Positions 26,743-32,000 of a stretch of 32,000 bases of DNA are shown here, piece by piece. This stretch comes from Cupriavidus necator (GTDB lineage Bacteria; Pseudomonadota; Gammaproteobacteria; Burkholderiales; Burkholderiaceae): positions 420,001-452,000 of the forward strand of contig NZ_CP066019.1 of NCBI RefSeq assembly GCF_016127575.1, in the 5' to 3' direction. Both the position numbers and the translations under genes were made by a program. Under the pieces are notes generated by a model. The model ran no database searches, had not been told where the DNA came from, and saw nothing but the letters and a program-made list of their open reading frames with translations. How positions within the stretch are numbered: the stretch's first letter is position 1; each line of letters begins with the position of its first letter.

Positions 26743-27006
26743 TCAGCACTTAGGAAAAAGTAAAGCGCGGGCCGAAGGGTTCCGCACTGCCCCCCGCACC
26801 CGTGCACCACAAGGCGTTCCCGGCCATCGCATCCGCGCCGCCTGCGCCTGAAAACGGACATTTCGTTTTTTCCGAGGGACCGCATCAGTTTCGGCAAAGT
26901 CCCGATACTGGCTGTTTGACTTATCCTGCTTGCCAGTACCAGCTCGGCCTCGATGTCATTGGGCCCAAGCCTGGAGCACGGCATACTCCTCAATCTCTGT
27001 ACACCT

Positions 27007-28155
27007 ATGAACGTAGCCAACTCCGAGCCTGCCGCACAGCAACCCCACGCACAGCCCGATACCGCAGTCAGCCTGGAAAAGGTGGTCAAGAAGTATCACG
27101 ACCACACCGTGCTGCACGAGCTCTCGCTGAAGATACGACGCGGGGAATTCCTCACCCTGCTGGGCCCGTCCGGCTGCGGCAAGACGACGCTCCTCAACCT
27201 CATCGCCGGCTTTGCGGAAGCCGACACCGGCGAGATTTTCATCGATGGCCAGCCGGTGACCTGCGAGCCGCCGCACAAGCGGCAGATCGGCATCGTCTTC
27301 CAGAACTACGCGCTCTTTCCCCACATGACCGTCGAGCGCAATATCGGCTATGGCCTGCGCATGCGGGGCGTGGGCAAGGACGAAATCGCACAGCGCGTGA
27401 AGCAGGTGATGGACCTGGTGAAGCTGGACGGCCTCGGGCACCGCAAGCCGCGCGAACTTTCGGGAGGGCAGCAGCAGCGCGTGGCGCTGGCGCGGGCGCT
27501 GGTGATCCAGCCCAAGGTACTGCTGCTGGACGAGCCCTTCTCGGCCCTGGACAAGAACCTGCGCGGCTCCATGCAGGTAGAGATCCGGGAAATCCAGCGC
27601 CGCTTGCGCCTGACCACGGTATTCGTCACCCACGACCAGGGCGAGGCGCTGGCCATGTCCGACCGGATCGCAGTGATGTCGAACGGCACCATTCGGCAGA
27701 TCGCATCGCCGGCCGATCTGTATCAGAACCCGCAAGACCCGTTCGTGGCGTCCTTCCTGGGCGACGTGAACATCCTGCCGGCTCATTATCACGGCCAGAC
27801 GGCAACGGATGTGCAACTGCGCCTGGGCTCGGGGCTCATCAGCTTCCCGCATGCCCGCCTGGCCGACGCATCGCACGATGGGGAAAGGCTGGACGTGTAC
27901 GTGCGCCCGGAGCACATCAAGCTTGAGCATCTGCATGCCGAATCGGTGTTGAGTGGCACGGTGATCAATCACGTCTACCAGGGCGATCACATCAATACGT
28001 TCATAGACGTGGACATTCCGATGACGGCCCGTCAGGTCGTCACGGTGCGCAGTGCGGGCCTGGGCGCCATGCAGCAATGGCCCATCGGCTCGGTCGCGGG
28101 ACTTGCGCTGCCCGATGAGGGCGTCAGCATTTTCAGTCCGCAGAAGCGGACGTAA
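27007..28155 (+). CDS. ABC transporter ATP-binding protein (PotA-like, with C-terminal TOBE/regulatory domain)
   Basis: Walker A GPSGCGKTT, Q-loop FQNYALFPH, signature LSGGQQQRVALARAL, Walker B LLLDEPFSALD, H-loop VTHDQ. The start is ATG at 27007 or 26953. Confidence 0.9.
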   Translation: MNVANSEPAAQQPHAQPDTAVSLEKVVKKYHDHTVLHELSLKIRRGEFLTLLGPSGCGKTTLLNLIAGFAEADTGEIFIDGQPVTCEPPHKRQIGIVFQNYALFPHMTVERNIGYGLRMRGVGKDEIAQRVKQVMDLVKLDGLGHRKPRELSGGQQQRVALARALVIQPKVLLLDEPFSALDKNLRGSMQVEIREIQRRLRLTTVFVTHDQGEALAMSDRIAVMSNGTIRQIASPADLYQNPQDPFVASFLGDVNILPAHYHGQTATDVQLRLGSGLISFPHARLADASHDGERLDVYVRPEHIKLEHLHAESVLSGTVINHVYQGDHINTFIDVDIPMTARQVVTVRSAGLGAMQQWPIGSVAGLALPDEGVSIFSPQKRT

Positions 28156-28227
28156 GAACAGATGCAAGAGCGCAACGCGAAGGCGTAACACAACGCGTCA
28201 GACAACGCAGCCTGAGAGAACACACCC

Positions 28228-29226
28228 ATGACCAGTCTTCCTCGCTCCATGCAAGCCATCATCGCCCGTGAACCCGGCGACGCCGGTGTGCTAACGCTGG
28301 CCGAGCGCCCCATGCCCGAGCCCGGTGCTGGCGAAGTCCTGCTGCGCGTGCTTGCCGCCGGCGTCAACCGGCCCGACATCATGCAGCGTCAAGGTATCGC
28401 GAAGCCCGCGCCCGGAATCACCGACGTGCTCGGCCTGGAAGTCTGCGGCGAAGTGGTGGCCTGCGGCCCCGGTGTGGACAGTCAGCTGATGGGCCAGCGG
28501 CTGATGAGCCTGGTACCCGGCGGCGGCTATGCGCCGTGGTGTACGGCGCCGGTCGATCAGTCCTTCATCGTGCCCGGCACGCTTTCCGATGCCGAGGCAG
28601 CCGCCTTGCCCGAGGGGCTGTTCACCGTGTGGCACAACCTGTTCGAGCTGGGCCGCCTGACCATGGGTGAAACCGTCCTGATCCACGGCGCAGCCGGCGG
28701 TATCGGCACGCTCGCGATCCGGATGGCGCATGCCGCCGGCGCAACCGTCATCGCCACGGACAACGACGAAAGCCGTTTTCCGGAACTGCGCGCCATGGGC
28801 GCCGACGCGACGATCTGCTGGCCCACCACCGATTTCACCAAGGCCTGCCTGGAGTACACCGATGGGCGCGGGGTCGACGTGGTCATCGACATCGTCGGCG
28901 GCGACTATGTCCGCCGCAATCTTGCCGCCATGGCCTTCGGCGGCCGCCATGTCAGCCTGTCCTTCATGCAAGGCTCGGCGGTCAATGTCGAACTGCTGAC
29001 GCTGATGCAGCGCCAGGTGAGCCTGCACTCGTCCACCATGCGCCCCCAGAGCCATTACGAAAAGACCCGGATGGCCCAGAGCCTTGCCCGCCATGTCATC
29101 CCGCTGCTGAAAAACGGACGGGTCAAGCCGCGCATCCACGCCACCTTCCCGCTCGCGGAGGCGGTCGCGTCCCACCGGATGCTGGAAAGCGGCAAGGTCT
29201 TCGGCAAGCTGGTCCTGATCCCCTAG
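28228..29226 (+). CDS. NAD(P)H:quinone oxidoreductase (MDR superfamily, PIG3/Qor-like)
   Basis: Motifs: GEVLLRVLAAGVNRPDIMQRQG, LGLEVCGEVV, GAAGGIGTLAIRMA, GKLVLIP tail. Confidence 0.9.
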   Translation: MTSLPRSMQAIIAREPGDAGVLTLAERPMPEPGAGEVLLRVLAAGVNRPDIMQRQGIAKPAPGITDVLGLEVCGEVVACGPGVDSQLMGQRLMSLVPGGGYAPWCTAPVDQSFIVPGTLSDAEAAALPEGLFTVWHNLFELGRLTMGETVLIHGAAGGIGTLAIRMAHAAGATVIATDNDESRFPELRAMGADATICWPTTDFTKACLEYTDGRGVDVVIDIVGGDYVRRNLAAMAFGGRHVSLSFMQGSAVNVELLTLMQRQVSLHSSTMRPQSHYEKTRMAQSLARHVIPLLKNGRVKPRIHATFPLAEAVASHRMLESGKVFGKLVLIP

Positions 29227-29246
29227 AGCCTGTCATCCAATCAAGC

Positions 29247-29867
29247 ATGCTGAAACTTCTTTTCGCTCCGACCTCGCCATTCGTGCGCAAGGTCATGGTC
29301 TGCGCACACCTGACGGGGCAGGCCGAGAACATCGAACTGCTGGACAGCGCCGCCCATCCGGTGCGGCGCGACCCGCGCATCGCGGCCCACAACCCGCTCG
29401 CCAAAGTCCCGACGCTGCTCCTCGAAAATGGCCAGGCCATCTATGACAGCCGGGTGATTTGCGAGTACCTGGCCAGCCGGGCAGACGCCGCGGACATCTT
29501 TCCCGCCTCCGGCCCCGCGCGGTGGACGGCCCTGACCCGCCAGGCGCTCGGCGATGGCCTGCTCGACGCCGCGCTGCTCGCGCGCTACGAACGGACCGCG
29601 CGCCCCGAGGAAGTCCAGTGGCCCACGTGGCGCGAAGCGCTGCTGACGAAAGTCAGCGCCTGCCTCGAGTCAATCGACGCCATCGCACCGGACCTGGCGG
29701 AAGAACAGCCCACCATCGGTGAAATCACCATCGGCTGCGCGCTGGGGTATCTGGACTTCCGGTTTCCCGAACTCGATTGGCGCGCCCGATACGGCAACGC
29801 GGCACGCTGGAATGAGGCTTTCCAAAGCCTGCCCGCCATGCTGGCCACGCGCCCCCACGAAGGTTGA
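29247..29867 (+). CDS. Glutathione S-transferase family protein
   Basis: Thioredoxin-like N-domain: SPFVRKV...NPLAKVPTLLLENGQAIYDSRVICEYL. A helical C-domain follows. It starts 20 nt after the preceding stop. Confidence 0.85.
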   Translation: MLKLLFAPTSPFVRKVMVCAHLTGQAENIELLDSAAHPVRRDPRIAAHNPLAKVPTLLLENGQAIYDSRVICEYLASRADAADIFPASGPARWTALTRQALGDGLLDAALLARYERTARPEEVQWPTWREALLTKVSACLESIDAIAPDLAEEQPTIGEITIGCALGYLDFRFPELDWRARYGNAARWNEAFQSLPAMLATRPHEG

Positions 29868-29885
29868 GATAACAGAGGTCAGAAC

Positions 29886-30347
29886 ATGAGCGAGAAGATC
29901 ACCATCTGGTTCCTGAACGGCCCCAACGCCAATCTTTATGGCCTGGACGCCAACAAGACCTACGGCAGCGACAGCTTTCCGGTGCTGCAGTCACGATGCG
30001 AGCAAAAGGCCGCGTCGCTGAATGCCGACCTGCGCTTCTTGCAGTCGAACTACGAGGGACAGCTGGTCGACTGGATCCAGGAAGCGCGCGGCGTGGCGGA
30101 CGGCATCATCATCAATGCGGCCGGCCTGACCTACTCGTCGATTCCGATCCTCGATGCCTTGCTGTCTTTCCCCGGCAAGATCATCGAAACCCATATGAGC
30201 AACATCTGGAAGCGCGAGCCGTTCCGCCACCACTCCTACATCTCAAAGGTGGCGGATGGCGTGATCGCCGGGCTGGGCGGCGACGGCTACGAATTCGCCA
30301 TCGAGGCCGTCACGCGGCTGGTGCAGAAGGGCAGAGCAGCGGTCTGA
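29886..30347 (+). CDS. aroQ: Type II 3-dehydroquinate dehydratase
   Basis: Motifs: ITIWFLNGPNANLYG, FLQSNYEGQLVDWIQEAR, GIIINAAGLTYSSIPILDAL, IETHMSNIWKREPFRHHSYIS, GVIAGLGGDGY. Confidence 0.9.
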   Translation: MSEKITIWFLNGPNANLYGLDANKTYGSDSFPVLQSRCEQKAASLNADLRFLQSNYEGQLVDWIQEARGVADGIIINAAGLTYSSIPILDALLSFPGKIIETHMSNIWKREPFRHHSYISKVADGVIAGLGGDGYEFAIEAVTRLVQKGRAAV

Positions 30348-30425
30348 TTTCCATGCGCACGCGGAACGGCAGCAGGATGTACTCTCGCTGCCGTCCTTGC
30401 CATTATTCTCAAGGCAGTTGCCAAG

Positions 30426-31382
30426 ATGCCAATTTCTGAAGACACCCCCTCGGGCGCGCTGGCTTTCTACAGCGCCTTCGACGATTTCGACACGTGGAAG
30501 CGCGCGCTCCAGGCCCAGCTCCCGAACCTGAAAGTCATTCACTCCAGCAAAATCACCCGGCCAGCCGACATTCACTACGCGCTCGCCTGGAAACCGCCGG
30601 AGAATTTCTTTGCCGAAATGACGAACCTGCGCCTGATCGTCAATCTGGGAGCGGGGGTTGATTCACTGGTCCAGCGGCAGGATCTTCCCCAAGGCATTCC
30701 CATCACGCGGCTCACGGACCCGCAGATGGCGCGCATGATGGCGGGATACGTGCTGTTCTCCGTGCTGCGGCACGCCCGGGACATCCCGTACTTCGAGCAG
30801 GCGCAGCGGCGGGGTGAGTGGGCCTACCGTCATCCCCGTTCTCCGGAAGACATCCGCGTGGCGGTTCTGGGGCTCGGTCAGCTGGGCGCGAAAGCGGCCC
30901 ACGAACTGCAGCGCCAGGGGTTCAAGGTGATCGGCTGGTCGCGCAGCCCGGCGCAGATCGAAGGCGTGGAATGCTTTGCCGGACTGGAAACGCTCGACAC
31001 CGTGCTAGGACAGGCGGACATTGTCGTCGTGATGCTGCCGCTCACGCCGCAGACGGCTGGCATCCTGGATCGGGCGCGACTCGAGCAGCTGCCGCGAGGC
31101 GCGGCCTTCATCAACGTTGCGCGGGGCGCACTGGTCGATCAGGCGGCGCTTACGGACCTGCTCCAAAGCGGCCACATTGGCGGGGCAACCTTGGACGTTT
31201 TCGAGCGCGAACCTTTGCCTGCCGGGGATCCGCTGTGGAGCATGCCTAATGTGCTGATCACACCCCATCTGGCTTCGGTGGCGATTCCGTCGTCTGCGGC
31301 GAGGCAGATTGCGGAGAATATTGTTCGGGTTTCTGCCGGCGAATCGCCGGATAACATCATTGATCCAGCACGCGGATATTGA
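30426..31382 (+). CDS. D-isomer-specific 2-hydroxyacid dehydrogenase (GhrA-like glyoxylate/hydroxypyruvate reductase)
   Basis: Motifs: VAVLGLGQLGAKAA (NAD binding), FINVARGALVD, ATLDVFEREPLPAGDPLW, VLITPHLAS. Confidence 0.85.
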   Translation: MPISEDTPSGALAFYSAFDDFDTWKRALQAQLPNLKVIHSSKITRPADIHYALAWKPPENFFAEMTNLRLIVNLGAGVDSLVQRQDLPQGIPITRLTDPQMARMMAGYVLFSVLRHARDIPYFEQAQRRGEWAYRHPRSPEDIRVAVLGLGQLGAKAAHELQRQGFKVIGWSRSPAQIEGVECFAGLETLDTVLGQADIVVVMLPLTPQTAGILDRARLEQLPRGAAFINVARGALVDQAALTDLLQSGHIGGATLDVFEREPLPAGDPLWSMPNVLITPHLASVAIPSSAARQIAENIVRVSAGESPDNIIDPARGY

Positions 31383-31430
31383 GGTATGGGCTACGTCCGG
31401 TGCAATGCGCCGGACGCGTGGAAGGGATGA

Positions 31431-31595
31431 GAGACGCGATCAAAATGGAGCGAAGCGGTTCTGGCTAGGGGGCGAAGCAGGGGACTTGGATCGCGAGGCG
31501 AATTGTTCCAATGCCGCTGTGCCAGGGTGGCGGCAGACAGTACAGGTAGTCCGGCGAGGCCACGCAACAATGACAGATCATTTTGATCGCGTCTC
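31431..31595. repeat. Perfect 17-bp inverted repeat pair (GAGACGCGATCAAAATG / CATTTTGATCGCGTCTC) enclosing 131 bp
   Basis: The arms are at 31431-31447 and 31579-31595, read directly. A third GATCGCG core lies inside (ggatcgcgagg). There is no obvious target-site duplication. Confidence 0.9.
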
Positions 31596-31600
31596 CAGCG

Positions 31601-31703
31601 TCAGACTGCCGCTTCTTCCTGCTCACCCGTATGAATGCGGATGACGCGGTCGATCAGCGTCACGAAAATCTTGCCGTCGCCGATCTTGCCGGTAAGCGCA
31701 GCT
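31601..31703 (-). pseudogene. P-II nitrogen regulatory protein (GlnB/GlnK) C-terminal remnant (~33 codons)
   Basis: The reverse frame reads [33 protein letters not shown]. The canonical P-II C-terminus is [29 protein letters not shown]. The upstream sequence in that frame has no P-II similarity. Confidence 0.7.
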
Positions 31704-31801
31704 GGCGCCCGACCTCGTACCGAGTCACCTTGCAGTGAGAGCCGCCAAGCCGTCAGTGGACCACCTTTTGGCCCCCCGTGCGCAAGTTCCCCAACTATGT
31801 C

Positions 31802-32000
31802 CTAAGCAAATGGTCGAATCGATTTGCTGTAGCCGTTCCGGATGCCTGATGAGAAGAACCCGCCGCACTCCGCCTTTCGCGCACAGGGCTCGCATTCTGG
31901 TGCGTATTCGTTCTTCCAGTCAGAGATGGACTTGACATATGCTGGCTCGACATCCGCATTCACCAAGCAGAGTTGATGGTTATACACAGACGTCTTGAGT
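31802..32000 (-). CDS. C-terminus of a larger Cys-rich protein continuing beyond the right edge (possibly a radical-SAM/SPASM-type maturase tail)
   Basis: The frame is open to the window end and reads ...TQDVCVYNHQLCLVNADVEPAYVKSISDWKNEYAPECEPCARKAECGGFFSSGIRNGYSKSIRPFA*. The CxxCx5CxG spacing resembles the auxiliary-cluster tails of radical-SAM maturases. GC content is visibly lower than in the neighbours. The family assignment is tentative. Confidence 0.4.
   Translation of the reverse strand, partial: LKTSVYNHQLCLVNADVEPAYVKSISDWKNEYAPECEPCARKAECGGFFSSGIRNGYSKSIRPFA

Noticed and set aside
26956-28191. 411-aa minus-strand ORF
   Set aside because: It is antisense to the ABC ATPase gene, whose Walker A/B, Q-loop and signature motifs are all intact on the plus strand.
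1-32000. Scan for CRISPR arrays, tRNA/rRNA genes, integron attC/IntI and classical defence genes
   Set aside because: I saw no regularly spaced short repeats, no tRNA-like T-arm (GGTTCGAAT-type) sequences, no rRNA and no nuclease/helicase/methylase-type ORFs. The only repeats are those reported above.

Overview
High-GC (about 62-65%) proteobacterial DNA, Burkholderiales-like by composition and protein content; that assignment is inference only. The window splits into two parts.

(1) Positions 1 to ~16.1 kb are a decayed, mosaic accessory region. Intact genes (universal stress protein, NhaA antiporter, DUF4239 membrane protein, FemAB-like acyltransferase, FAH-family hydrolase, Leu/Phe/Val-type amino-acid dehydrogenase) sit among at least ten gene fragments. 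These are a 5'-truncated LysR gene abutting an SDR C-terminal stub, a TrkH/KtrB stub, a type I secretion ABC-exporter N-terminal stub, an in-frame SBP::APC-permease chimera, and three copies of the 3' end of a small tyrosine-recombinase gene. There is also one apparently intact IS30-family element. Two of the integrase copies form a ~99% identical 506/508-bp direct repeat bracketing 4.85 kb. All three copies begin at the same GC-rich hairpin.

(2) Positions ~16.1 to 31.4 kb are a well-preserved metabolic block. It holds a GST/HxlR divergent pair and a PotD/PotB/PotC-like ABC importer whose ATPase lies 6.7 kb away on the other strand. The remaining genes are RidA, DUF1028, LysR, an ArgE-like M20 deacylase, an FMN alpha-hydroxy-acid dehydrogenase, a flavin monooxygenase, a quinone oxidoreductase, a second GST, a type II dehydroquinase and a GhrA-like 2-hydroxyacid dehydrogenase.

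The right edge carries a 17-bp perfect inverted-repeat pair, a P-II (GlnB/K) C-terminal remnant and the C-terminus of a lower-GC Cys-rich ORF that runs out of the window.

I found no tRNA, rRNA, CRISPR array or recognisable defence system. The most unusual items are the hairpin-bounded, catalytically dead integrase modules, the orphan FemAB-like gene fused to the T1SS stub, and the split-transporter catabolic locus. None of these can be called a new system from sequence alone.
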